Shown: piece after piece, positions 10,025 through 18,987 of the stretch
How positions within the stretch are numbered: the first letter of the stretch is position 1
Layout: every line of letters begins with the position of its first letter
NCBI GenBank assembly: GCA_045606105.1
Contig: JAZURI010000007.1
Span: 1 to 64,000, forward strand
Source of the DNA: Spirochaetia bacterium
GTDB taxonomy: Bacteria; Spirochaetota; Spirochaetia; CADAEX01
Reading direction: 5' to 3'
DNA: 64,000 nt
Program-made: the position numbers and the translations under genes
Notes under the pieces: generated by a model
What the model was told of the DNA's origin: nothing
Database searches by the model: none
The model's input: the letters and a program-made list of their open reading frames with translations, nothing else

Positions 10025-10381
10025 ATGGCAGACAAATTCAAGGATGAAATGAAGAAAATTCTTCTTTCAAAGAAACAGGAAATCCTTAAAAATCTTGCTT
10101 CAAAAGGCGATTCCTTTAAATCACTTCTTGATGATGTGGATCCCAAAGACGAAGCCGATATCGCTGCAGATGACATTGACGGCAAGATGCTGGAAAGCAT
10201 GAGCCGTGAAGATATGAACAAGCTCAATCTCATAGATGCGGCTCTCTCCAGAATCCAGTCCGGCAGATATGGTCTGTGTATGAAGTGCGGTCAGAAAATC
10301 GCAGAAGCCAGACTCAGGGCCATTCCTTACGCCGTACTCTGCATCAACTGCAAGAGTCAGGACGAAAGGTTCAACCGCTGA
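10025..10381 (+). CDS. dksA: DksA/TraR family C4 zinc-finger transcription factor
   Basis: DEADIA coiled-coil tip, YGLCMKCG..RLRAIPYAVLCINC; GGAGG SD. Confidence 0.9.
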   Translation: MADKFKDEMKKILLSKKQEILKNLASKGDSFKSLLDDVDPKDEADIAADDIDGKMLESMSREDMNKLNLIDAALSRIQSGRYGLCMKCGQKIAEARLRAIPYAVLCINCKSQDERFNR

Positions 10382-10400
10382 TTATCCGGTCAGTCTGAAA

Positions 10401-11531
10401 TTACTGCTTGTTCTCGTTTTTCTTGGCAAAGTTCACAGCCAGAGTTCTTCCCCTGTAAACCTTTGAGTTAAGGCTGTCGATTACGGTCTGTGCATGTTCC
10501 TCGGTAATATCTGCAAAGGAATAGTTGTCATGTACCTTGAGCTGACCGATTTCGCTTCCGTCAATGCCTGCTGTAGAAACGATGTATCTGATAAGAGACT
10601 GCGGATTAAGTCCCCTTGTTCTTCCGATATTGAGGAAAAGGGTCCTGTAATTCCTGTCAGGCTTGTTTGCATTCTGCGCACCGGCTGAATTTTTGGTGGT
10701 AACAAGATTCTTGAGAAGATATGCACTGAAATAGCCCCTGAGTGTGAATGGGACATTTCTTCTTACTATTTTCCTGAATTCGTTCAGTTCGTTAGGATCT
10801 TCTTCCTCTTTGATGCTCTTGATGATTTTCTTTATGAGTTCAGCGTATGCTTTTTCCTGTTCTTCGTTGATAGCCATTTTAATTTTCTTCTGCTCCCGTT
10901 TGTTTGCTGGTGTTAGTTTCTTGACACCCTGTTCACTGTAGATGATAGACGGATTGATAAGGAACTTGTAGAAAAGAGGTACCATTTCCCGGTCCTTGAT
11001 AAAGACCCAGTAACGTGTTTTCTTTGAAAGCTCTGAAAGAATGAATTCTATATCGTTTGAAAATCCCTCATAAGGATTGTTCTCGCAGTCAATGATACAG
11101 ACCCTGATTCTGTCAATATCAAAATTGCCCAGTCTCATGTGGTCAATTATCTTGTCTGGGGTGGAAATGAGAATATCAGGATGAGTCTCCAGGATGGAAT
11201 GCTCCCCCTTGATATTTTTTTCCTTGGTAAATGAAACCAGGGATATCTTCTTTTCCTCTTTTTCCGTAAACGGCTCAAACTGGCCGTGGATTCTTTTTAC
11301 ACTTTCGACAGATGAAGAGATTACCAGGACCTTAAGACCCGGCTCAGCTTTTTTAACGCTTAAAATGGAGGGAATGATATAGCTTACTACCTTACCTGAA
11401 TTTTCCCCGGTCTCCGCAATTAAATTTTTCCTCTGCAGTGCCAGAGGAATGATTGACCGCTGGAATATGGTAAGTTCCGAATATCCCCCGTTGTTAAGAA
11501 TACGGAGAATCTGTGTCTCCTCTTTTTCCAT
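10401..11531 (-). CDS. Degenerate DEAD-box N-domain fused to a DbpA RNA-binding domain
   Basis: Q-motif-like LTIFQ..IIP, SGK, ISTPDKIIDH; C-terminal LFLNIGRTRGL..IG..HDNYSF..YRGRTLAVNFA. Confidence 0.7.
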   Translation of the reverse strand: MEKEETQILRILNNGGYSELTIFQRSIIPLALQRKNLIAETGENSGKVVSYIIPSILSVKKAEPGLKVLVISSSVESVKRIHGQFEPFTEKEEKKISLVSFTKEKNIKGEHSILETHPDILISTPDKIIDHMRLGNFDIDRIRVCIIDCENNPYEGFSNDIEFILSELSKKTRYWVFIKDREMVPLFYKFLINPSIIYSEQGVKKLTPANKREQKKIKMAINEEQEKAYAELIKKIIKSIKEEEDPNELNEFRKIVRRNVPFTLRGYFSAYLLKNLVTTKNSAGAQNANKPDRNYRTLFLNIGRTRGLNPQSLIRYIVSTAGIDGSEIGQLKVHDNYSFADITEEHAQTVIDSLNSKVYRGRTLAVNFAKKNENKQ

Positions 11532-11613
11532 TATAACCCTTCTATATAAATTTGAACTGATTGTCTTCTGTTAGAATAAATGGTGCAGGAAGTTTTGTCA
11601 ATTATTTAGGGAT

Positions 11614-11640
11614 AAAAAATGGGGTCTCTGTTGAGACCCC
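11614..11640 (-). terminator. Intrinsic terminator after tRNA-Asp
   Basis: GGGGTCTC-4-GAGACCCC stem followed by a T-run on the minus strand. Confidence 0.75.
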
Positions 11641-11642
11641 TT

Positions 11643-11717
11643 CGGGAGCGACGGGGCTTGAACCCGCGGTCTCCGGCTTGACAGGCCGGCGCGATAAACC
11701 AGCTTCGCCACGCCCCC
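11643..11717 (-). tRNA. tRNA-Asp(GTC)
   Basis: Reverse complement GGGGGCG..CCGGC-CT-GTC-AA-GCCGG..GGTTCAAGCC..CGCTCCC-G folds as a cloverleaf. Confidence 0.95.
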
Positions 11718-11853
11718 TTTACCTTTGCCACTATATCAACTAACCGTTTTTGTTGTCAATAAGTTTTTTAAAAATTCTTGATTTTTTATTCAGTTTCAGC
11801 CCCCTGACCTATTCCTCCCCCATGATAAAATTCTGCAATAAAAATAATATAAA

Positions 11854-12567
11854 ATGAAAGACTATGAAAAACTTATTACTCTCGCAGCACTCCTGTGTGC
11901 AATGTGTGTCATGTTTTCATGTAATGACGGCAGCAGCCAGCCTCCTGTATTCAAGGCCGGCGACGATTTTGCCCAGGCAATTTCAGAACTCAAGTCAGGT
12001 GAAACACTCTTTGTTTCCGACGATGTGGATCTTGAAGCTCCTCTGACAATTCCTACAGGAAAGGATATCGTAATCCAGCTGTTGGGTAATTCCGAAATCG
12101 AATATGAAGGCTCTGGTTCAGCATTTGTTGTTGAAGAAGGGGCAAAGCTTACAATCAAGGGACCTGCATCCGGAAGCGGAAAGTCCAAGAAGAACGGAGC
12201 CGCTGAAGGTGCCGTTATCGAATCTGACGGTCCGGTAGATTCCCTTTTCACCATCGGCTATGGTGCAGAAGAACCTCTTTACGGTTCAGCCGTTGCGGCT
12301 TCCCGGACAGGAAAAATCGAGATTGAGGGCGGTTCATATACTTCTGAAATTTTTTGTCTTGTAACATATCCACAGGCATCTTCAACCGCCAGAGCCACAA
12401 TCACTTGTACAGGTGCAGCGTTGGATTATAACGCATACCCCTGCCCGGCGGCAGGGGTTTTTTTATATGAAGTTTTTCATTTAATTGACATTGGGACTGT
12501 ACCCGTGTTATCATTGATGCCAAATAAAAGTAGGAAAATATGGCTAAAGAAAATTCAGAAAAATTGA
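11854..12567 (+). CDS. Putative surface lipoprotein (beta-helix/adhesin-like), probably truncated or decaying
   Basis: Hydrophobic leader ending MFSC; the ORF tail runs through a terminator and the next gene's promoter. Confidence 0.5.
   Translation: MKDYEKLITLAALLCAMCVMFSCNDGSSQPPVFKAGDDFAQAISELKSGETLFVSDDVDLEAPLTIPTGKDIVIQLLGNSEIEYEGSGSAFVVEEGAKLTIKGPASGSGKSKKNGAAEGAVIESDGPVDSLFTIGYGAEEPLYGSAVAASRTGKIEIEGGSYTSEIFCLVTYPQASSTARATITCTGAALDYNAYPCPAAGVFLYEVFHLIDIGTVPVLSLMPNKSRKIWLKKIQKN
12437..12464 (+). terminator. Intrinsic terminator inside the 11854 ORF
   Basis: ACCCCTGCC-CGGC-GGCAGGGGT followed by a T-run. Confidence 0.75.
12485..12514 (+). promoter_or_regulatory. sigma70 promoter for the PpiD/SurA-like gene
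   Basis: TTGACA-18bp-TATCAT with an extended -10 TG. Confidence 0.6.
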
Positions 12568-14042
12568 CAGATCAGGAGAAAAAGAACCAGAAGCATCCGG
12601 TGCTTTATATTTTCTCCGTTATCCTTCTTGTGGTTATTGCCGTAACATTTATCGGTGGTCCTGTGGTTGATGATGCGGTTTCGGGCGGCGTAAGCTCCAT
12701 TTCTTTCGGTTCTTACGGAAATGATGAAATCGAATTTGCTCCGGGCAACTATTTTTCCCAGCAGCGCGAGCTTCTCGGACAGCAGGTAAGGGAAACCGAT
12801 ACAGCCAACTGGAAATGGGAAATGTACCGCGTATGGAGAGGTGCATTTGAAAGAACCGTAGTTCATGTTGGAATGCTTGCCGAAGTGGAAGCAAACAATA
12901 CATATATCACAAATGACAGGCTCAATACCCTGATCATCGAGAACGGTCCTTATCAGGAAGATGGTGAGTTCAGCGTTGAAATCTATGAGAACACCCCTGC
13001 AAACCAGAGGGAATCCATCCGCCGCGACTTCAAGGAAAACATTCTCAAGGAATATTACCTTTCAGACTATCTCTACGGAAACAAGACAGCTCCAGCCGAG
13101 CATGACTATACATTCGGAATCTGCGGCAATGAAAGAAGCGTTCAGATCGTCCTTTTCCCTTTCGACAGGCTTGCACAGGAGGATGTGAACAAATATGCCA
13201 AGGAAAACGGAGATCTTTTCAGGAAGATCAACATAAGCAAGATTACACTTAATTCAGAATCCGATGCAAAGAAGGTTCTGGAAATGGTAAAGAAATCTCC
13301 TGATACATTTGCAGATACAGCAAAGGCTCAGTCAGTGGACGTTTTCGCCGAGAACGGCGGAGAAATGGGCTCCGTATTCTGTTATACCCTCAGGGGTGAA
13401 ATCGATGACGCCGATGCCGATGCAGTATTCGCCCTCGGTGCAAACCAGGTTTCCGAAATCATCAGATCCGGCAGCTCCTATGTCATCTACAGATGCAATT
13501 CTCCTGCAGTGGAGGCAGACCTTACAGACAGCGATGTTGTTTCAGCCGTAAAGACCTATATCGCAAGATATGAGAGAGGTATGGTTGAGGACAAGGCCAT
13601 GGCTGCCGCACAGAAGTTTACCGCAGACTGCAGCAAGGACGGAATCTATGCAGCCGCAGCAGCCGCAGGGGTAACCGTATACGAGACAGAGCCTTTCGTG
13701 GTGAACTACGGTGCACTCAACTATTTCAAGGGTGTAAGGGTGACCCAGGGTGAGCTTGATCTCAGATCAGCCCAGTACAACAAGGATTTCTTCATCCAGG
13801 CATTCTCAATCAAGGGAAATGAGGTTTCAAAGCCTGTTATCCTGAACAACGGTGTGGTGGTGATGAAGCTTGTTGCCGAATCTGCACCTGATGCCAGCTT
13901 CACAGAGGTTGTAAAGACATACGGACCTCAGATTGATGCACAGTATGCGGAAAACGACATTGCCGTACATTTCCTTAAATCCGGTAAGCTCAAGGACAAC
14001 TTCCAGAGCACATTTGATAAATACTTTGTATTTGAAGAATAA
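12540..14042 (+). CDS. SurA/PpiD-like membrane-anchored parvulin peptidyl-prolyl isomerase/chaperone
   Basis: N-terminal TM helix, parvulin-like FADTAKAQSVD..ENGGEMG..VSEII. Confidence 0.75.
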   Translation: MAKENSEKLTDQEKKNQKHPVLYIFSVILLVVIAVTFIGGPVVDDAVSGGVSSISFGSYGNDEIEFAPGNYFSQQRELLGQQVRETDTANWKWEMYRVWRGAFERTVVHVGMLAEVEANNTYITNDRLNTLIIENGPYQEDGEFSVEIYENTPANQRESIRRDFKENILKEYYLSDYLYGNKTAPAEHDYTFGICGNERSVQIVLFPFDRLAQEDVNKYAKENGDLFRKINISKITLNSESDAKKVLEMVKKSPDTFADTAKAQSVDVFAENGGEMGSVFCYTLRGEIDDADADAVFALGANQVSEIIRSGSSYVIYRCNSPAVEADLTDSDVVSAVKTYIARYERGMVEDKAMAAAQKFTADCSKDGIYAAAAAAGVTVYETEPFVVNYGALNYFKGVRVTQGELDLRSAQYNKDFFIQAFSIKGNEVSKPVILNNGVVVMKLVAESAPDASFTEVVKTYGPQIDAQYAENDIAVHFLKSGKLKDNFQSTFDKYFVFEE

Positions 14043-14048
14043 TCGGAA

Positions 14049-14321
14049 TTATTTTTTATAGAGATCGATCATCTTTCTGAAAGGTGAATCGGTCTTCTGA
14101 TATTCCTGGGAGCCTCTGGTAATCTTGCAGAGGCTCATCCCCAGCTTTTCAGCAATCTTTCTCTGACTCATCTTTTCATCAAGCAGTCTTACAAGAGCCC
14201 ATCTGGAGGTTACTTCCTTAAGCTCATGGGGTGTCAGGATAGCTCCCAGAAAATCCTCGATAAGCTCCCTGTCTTCGCATTTTGCCAGAGCCTCTGCCAG
14301 CTCCCTGAGAGATTCTTTCAT
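14049..14321 (-). CDS. TrpR/YerC family repressor
   Basis: ILTPHELKEVTSRW..SQRKIAEKLGMSLCKITRGS. Confidence 0.85.
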   Translation of the reverse strand: MKESLRELAEALAKCEDRELIEDFLGAILTPHELKEVTSRWALVRLLDEKMSQRKIAEKLGMSLCKITRGSQEYQKTDSPFRKMIDLYKK

Positions 14322-14322
14322 T

Positions 14323-15294
14323 TCAGATACCCAGAACAGGCCTGAAGCCTTCGACTATGCTTTCAATCACAGCTTCCACGGTGCTGTTCTGAACCATGAA
14401 GCCGGCCGCCTTCCTGTGACCGCCTCCGCCGAAGCCGGCACAGAATTTTCCCAGGTCTATGTTTTCGTCCCTGGTTCTCAGCCCTACGGTTATCTTTTCA
14501 GGATTCTCCTCCTTCACCGCCGCTATGACCCTGACATTTTCGGTGGAAAGGGCCAGCTGGTATACAAGATCTATGTTCCTGCATTCCTTGGGTACCTCTT
14601 CGAAATCCTTCATTGTGTCGAAAGTAATCAGCAGTCTGTCGCCGTAGTACCGTCTGAGCCTGCTTATGGCCCGGGCCGTATGGGTCATGGTGTCGAATTT
14701 CCTGTTTCCGTTTATGTCGAAGAAGACCTTGTTGGGAGATACCCCTTTCCTTACCAGCTCTGCAGCAACGGTAAAGGCAGCCTCTCCCCCGATGGTGGTC
14801 AGGTGCTTGAAGAATCCCGTATCGGTACAAAGTCCCAGAAAAAGGATCTCGGCCTCCTCTGCGGTAGGCTCATCTCCCATTTCCTTTATCAGATTATAGA
14901 TAAGCAGTGTATTGGATGCAGCATTCGGTCTCACATGCCTGAAATCCCCGAAATCGCTTCCGGAGGAGTGATGGTCTATGATGATGGCTTTGTAGCCGGA
15001 TATGCAGTCCCTGAATCTTCCTATCCTGTCCGGAGTGGAGCAGTCGGTGATTATTACCATCCCTTTGCCGTTTTCATCCTCGAAAGGGGAGAATTCGGTT
15101 TCAAAGAAGCTTTCGAACCTCTTGATCTCCTGTCTGGTAAAAGGGCCCTCCGCAAAGAGCTTTACCCTTTTCCCCAGTCTTCTCAGGAACAGTCCGGTGG
15201 CCAGCTGGCTTCCCACGCAGTCCCCGTCCGGATCGGTATGTCCGAATATATAGAAGCATTCATGGCTGTTTATCTGTCTGATTATCTCTTCCAT
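14323..15294 (-). CDS. nrnA: DHH/DHHA1 oligoribonuclease / pAp phosphatase (NrnA family)
   Basis: HTDPDGD, IDHH, TDTG, GGGGHRKAAG. Confidence 0.88.
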   Translation of the reverse strand: MEEIIRQINSHECFYIFGHTDPDGDCVGSQLATGLFLRRLGKRVKLFAEGPFTRQEIKRFESFFETEFSPFEDENGKGMVIITDCSTPDRIGRFRDCISGYKAIIIDHHSSGSDFGDFRHVRPNAASNTLLIYNLIKEMGDEPTAEEAEILFLGLCTDTGFFKHLTTIGGEAAFTVAAELVRKGVSPNKVFFDINGNRKFDTMTHTARAISRLRRYYGDRLLITFDTMKDFEEVPKECRNIDLVYQLALSTENVRVIAAVKEENPEKITVGLRTRDENIDLGKFCAGFGGGGHRKAAGFMVQNSTVEAVIESIVEGFRPVLGI

Positions 15295-15296
15295 AA

Positions 15297-16646
15297 TTAT
15301 CTTTCCGCAATCGGTATGTATTTTGCTTCCCCCTTGGTAACAACCCTGTATGCAGGTCTGATAAGCTTGCCTCCGCTGACAAGCTCCTCTATCCTGTGGG
15401 CTGCCCAGCCTGAAATCCTGGCCATGGCAAAGATAGGGGTGTAGAGAGAAATAGGAATATTGAGCATGTTATATACGAAGCCGGAATAGAAGTCCACATT
15501 GATGCACATGGTCTTTCTGCTGCCGGTAACCTCGTTCATGGCCCTGGATGCCAGCTTCTCCACAGCGTTGTAGAGGCCGAATTCCCTGAGCTTGCCTTTT
15601 TCCTCTGCCAGCTCCTTTGCCTTAGTCTTCAGGAGAAGGGCTCTCGGATCCGACTTTGTATAGATGGCATGTCCGTAGCCGTAGATAAGTCCGGCCCTGT
15701 CAAAGGTCTCTTTCCTGAGGATCTTCTTGAGGTATTCCAGAACTTCTGTCTCATCCTCCCAGTCCTTTACGTTTTCCATTATATCAGCCATCATCCTGAT
15801 AACCATGATATTGGCTCCGCCGTGCTTAGGTCCCTTCATTGAACATACCGCAGCCGCAATGGAAGAGTATGTGTCTGTATGGGCAGAGGTTGCCACATGG
15901 TTGATGAAGGTGGAGTTGTTACCTCCTCCGTGCTCTGCATGGAGTATGAGTGCCAGATCCAGTACGCTTACTTCAAGATCTGTGTATGACTTGTCAGGCC
16001 TGATCATCCTGAGGAAGTTTGCCGCTGTTCCGATTCCCGGTGCCGGTGCATGGATGAAAAGGCTTTCCCCGTCGTGATAATGGGTCTTTGCCTGGTATCC
16101 GTGGGCAATCATGGTAGGGAATCTTGCAATGAGCTCGATACACTGTCTGAGAACATTAGGAATTGATACATCATCGGCCTGCGGGTCATAGGAATATGAT
16201 GCAAGCACGCTTCTTGCCAGCTTGTTCATTACATCCCGGCTCGGAGCCTTCAGTATCATGTCCTCCGTAAAGCCTCTCGGAAGAACCCTGTATGTGTCCA
16301 GAAGCTCGTTGAATTCATCCAGCTCCTCCTTTGTCGGGAACTTTCCGAAAAGAAGGAAATAGGTAGTTTCCTCGAAACCCAGTCTTCCTTCGTTAAGTAC
16401 ATTTGAAACTATATCATTGATAAGAACTCCCCTGTAGGTGAGCCTTCCTTCGTCCGGGATAAGGAATCCCTCGTCAAAGATGTAACCATGGGCATTACCG
16501 ATCTGTGAGAGACCTACCACAACTCCGGAGCCGTCTTCGTTCCTGAGACCTCTTTTTGTATTGTAAAGAGTGTAAAGCGACGGATCTATGGTATTTGTGT
16601 TAATGGTAAGATCAGTCATTTTTTCAACATATTTTTCGATGTCCAC
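15297..16646 (-). CDS. gltA: Citrate synthase (canonical active site)
   Basis: AEHGGGNNST, GPKHGGAN, GYGHAIY..SDPRA, NVDFYSG, ARISGWAAH. Confidence 0.9.
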   Translation of the reverse strand: MDIEKYVEKMTDLTINTNTIDPSLYTLYNTKRGLRNEDGSGVVVGLSQIGNAHGYIFDEGFLIPDEGRLTYRGVLINDIVSNVLNEGRLGFEETTYFLLFGKFPTKEELDEFNELLDTYRVLPRGFTEDMILKAPSRDVMNKLARSVLASYSYDPQADDVSIPNVLRQCIELIARFPTMIAHGYQAKTHYHDGESLFIHAPAPGIGTAANFLRMIRPDKSYTDLEVSVLDLALILHAEHGGGNNSTFINHVATSAHTDTYSSIAAAVCSMKGPKHGGANIMVIRMMADIMENVKDWEDETEVLEYLKKILRKETFDRAGLIYGYGHAIYTKSDPRALLLKTKAKELAEEKGKLREFGLYNAVEKLASRAMNEVTGSRKTMCINVDFYSGFVYNMLNIPISLYTPIFAMARISGWAAHRIEELVSGGKLIRPAYRVVTKGEAKYIPIAER

Positions 16647-16704
16647 GTTTCCCCCTGAAAATAGTAATTAATAAAATATACTAAATATCCTATAAATTGG
16701 CAAG

Positions 16705-16741
16705 ATAAACAAATTTTATGTAGTGATAACTAAAGGTTATC
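16705..16741. promoter_or_regulatory. Tandem LysR-type operator boxes
   Basis: ATAAA-CAAAT-TTTAT (16705-16719) and GATAAC-TAAAG-GTTATC (16725-16741, perfect arms), 21 bp apart; T-N11-A core. Confidence 0.7.
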
Positions 16742-16782
16742 AAAGTTATGAAATTAAATATCGAAGTAATATTTTTTCCAAC

Positions 16783-16811
16783 TTGACCTTGAAGCGATAT
16801 TCCATTACATT
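16783..16811 (+). promoter_or_regulatory. sigma70 promoter for the 16885 operon
   Basis: TTGACC-17bp-TACATT; AGGAGG SD before ATG 16885. Confidence 0.55.
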
Positions 16812-16884
16812 TAAACCAAAGAAAAAATTTTGCCTGAAACTTTGTTACGGACGGCGGATTTATAAAATTTAGGAGGAGTAAAGT

Positions 16885-17781
16885 ATGGATCGTAAACCAT
16901 TGATCCAGAGAAAGACTGGTATTTCTTACAAAACAGAAGAAAAAACAGTTTTGCGCGGTTATAACGTATGTGAGCTCGCAGATGCAGGTTACACATTCAT
17001 CGACGCACTGTATATTCTTTTTCAGGGAAGAATTCCTGCAGAAAACGAAAGAGCTATGCTCGACTACGAAGTTGCAGAGTTCCTTGAGCACTCAATGTCA
17101 CCTTCAGCAGCAGCTGCTATCGGTGTAATCAACGGACATCCAATGCTCCCAGCAGCAGTTGGAGCATCAATCATGACATTCGGTGGAGCACACGGACCTG
17201 GAGCTCAGCACGGATACATGATGAAGAAATATCTTGACAGAGCTTGCGACGAACACAAGACTGTTAAAGAAGTTGCTATCGAATGTGTAAACGAATACAT
17301 GGATGCAGGTAGAGCAGTTATGGGTATGGGACAGCCACAGCACCTCGACGGTGACCCAAGAGCAGAACCTACTCACCTCAAGCAGGAAGAACTCGGAGCA
17401 TGCGGTGTATACCTTGAGTTCCAGAGAGCTCTCGAAGCTAAATTCTATGAAAGAAGATTTGCTGAAGGCAGATCATATGTTGCAGTAAACATGGTTGGAG
17501 CTGGTAACACAGCACTTTCCGACATGGGATTCTCACCAAACGCAGCTTGGACAATCGGTTGTGTAACAAGAGGTTACAGCTGTTCTTGCCACGCCCTCTT
17601 CACATTGAAGAAAGGTAGAGCTTGGGGTGCTTCCAGAAACGAACCTATGGTACAGATGCTTGACCTTTCAATGATCAAATACATCGGACCAGAAGACAGA
17701 GAAGTTCCACTTCAGTCAGAAAGAGAAGAATATGCTATGAACGAACTTAAGACAGGAGAATTTAAGAAATGGGTGATTTAA
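16885..17781 (+). CDS. Citrate-synthase/citryl-CoA-lyase-fold protein, subunit A (non-canonical active site)
   Basis: TGIS....LRGY, EHSMSPS, FGGAHGPG, GMGQ..DPRA, VNMVG; CCL-like length. Confidence 0.75.
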   Translation: MDRKPLIQRKTGISYKTEEKTVLRGYNVCELADAGYTFIDALYILFQGRIPAENERAMLDYEVAEFLEHSMSPSAAAAIGVINGHPMLPAAVGASIMTFGGAHGPGAQHGYMMKKYLDRACDEHKTVKEVAIECVNEYMDAGRAVMGMGQPQHLDGDPRAEPTHLKQEELGACGVYLEFQRALEAKFYERRFAEGRSYVAVNMVGAGNTALSDMGFSPNAAWTIGCVTRGYSCSCHALFTLKKGRAWGASRNEPMVQMLDLSMIKYIGPEDREVPLQSEREEYAMNELKTGEFKKWVI

Positions 17782-18884
17782 CAAACGTTGCTGTTAATAG
17801 AATGACAGGAAAAGTTTGCGATGAAAGAATCGCACAGATGAAACATTCTAAGAGAAGACCAATCGGTAACCTTGCAAATCCTAGTTTGCTTTTCGATTAC
17901 ACAAACAGAGAGATTGGAACACTTCCAGATGACAACAGAGCACACTTCCAGTGGGTTTCTGAAGTTGCATACAAAAACATTCACAGAATCGTAACAAGAG
18001 GTTACGATACAACAGAGCTCGTAGAAGCTGGTTATGGAGTTTGTGATGTACTCTTCATCGACTTCCAGGCTAGAATTCCACTCGTTGAAGAAAGAAAAGT
18101 TCTTGACTACATCCTCGTATGCGGTCTCGAAGATGGTCTTTCCAACCCAGCTCTTATCGCAAGACTCGTAACCAGAGGTAAATCATACCTTACACAGGCT
18201 TGTGGTTCATCAGTACTTGCTTTCGGACAGGCTTACGGTGCTTTCCAGGCATTCGGAAAAATGCTCGAAAAATACTATGCTAAGATTGCTGAAGAAGGTA
18301 TCACAGCTGAAGAAGCTGCAGCACTTTGTGTTGAAGAATGCTATGCTGAAGATCACTTCGGAATCAACGAATTCTACGTAAAAGACGAAACACCTAAGCA
18401 CCTTCTCGCTTACGCTGAAGCACAGCTCGCTGGAAAGAAGGAAGTTAAGTACATTCCTTTCCTCAAGCTCGTTGTTGCTGCTGCTCAGAAGAAGCTCGGA
18501 TATGTTGAAGCTGAACTCATGGCTGCTATGTGTGCTGCATTCATGGACCTCGACTTCACACCAGACGCTGCATGGTGTATCATGGGTGTTACAAGAGCAT
18601 TCTCAGCTGGTGCTCACGCTTGTGAAGAGCTCGAAAGAGAATGTCAGGTTACAGGATTTGACTCATACGGAAAGACACTCACACCAAAAGAATGGTATGA
18701 TGGTCCATGCGACAAGCCAGTTCCTCCAATTTCCGAAAGAGGAAACTTCAAGGGCGGACAGGCTCAGACACCAGAAGAGTGGAGAGCTAGCTGGCAGAGA
18801 AAAGCTAAAGAGCTTACAGGTTCCGGTTTCGCTATTGACTTCGTTCTTGACGATGCAAGAAAGGTTGTTCACGGAAAAAAATAA
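17769..18884 (+). CDS. Citrate-synthase/citryl-CoA-lyase-fold protein, subunit B (degenerate catalytic motifs)
   Basis: SEVAY..IVTRGY, EDGLSNP, FGQAYGA, DLDFTPDAAW..VTRA..AHACEE; 13-nt overlap with subunit A and its own GGAG SD. Confidence 0.65.
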   Translation: MGDLTNVAVNRMTGKVCDERIAQMKHSKRRPIGNLANPSLLFDYTNREIGTLPDDNRAHFQWVSEVAYKNIHRIVTRGYDTTELVEAGYGVCDVLFIDFQARIPLVEERKVLDYILVCGLEDGLSNPALIARLVTRGKSYLTQACGSSVLAFGQAYGAFQAFGKMLEKYYAKIAEEGITAEEAAALCVEECYAEDHFGINEFYVKDETPKHLLAYAEAQLAGKKEVKYIPFLKLVVAAAQKKLGYVEAELMAAMCAAFMDLDFTPDAAWCIMGVTRAFSAGAHACEELERECQVTGFDSYGKTLTPKEWYDGPCDKPVPPISERGNFKGGQAQTPEEWRASWQRKAKELTGSGFAIDFVLDDARKVVHGKK

Positions 18885-18914
18885 TTCTGGCTTAACTGCT
18901 TAGAATAATTTTTC

Positions 18915-18960
18915 ACCCCTGTCTGTATGGCAGGGGTATATTCACGTAGAGACTCTACGT
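18915..18960 (+). repeat. Two intergenic hairpins (mRNA stability/processing element)
   Basis: ACCCCTGTC-5-GGCAGGGGT and ACGTAGA-GAC-TCTACGT, no T-tail. Confidence 0.5.
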
Positions 18961-18987
18961 AAAAATCTATTATAGGAGATGATAAAA

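Noticed and set aside
11643-11717. att-site duplications at tRNA-Asp, -Leu, -Thr or -Trp
   Set aside because: No second copy of their 3' ends seen in the window; only tRNA-Arg has one
16885-18884. ATP-citrate lyase / reverse TCA carbon fixation
   Set aside because: No citryl-CoA synthetase or CoA-ligase domains nearby, and catalytic residues are substituted
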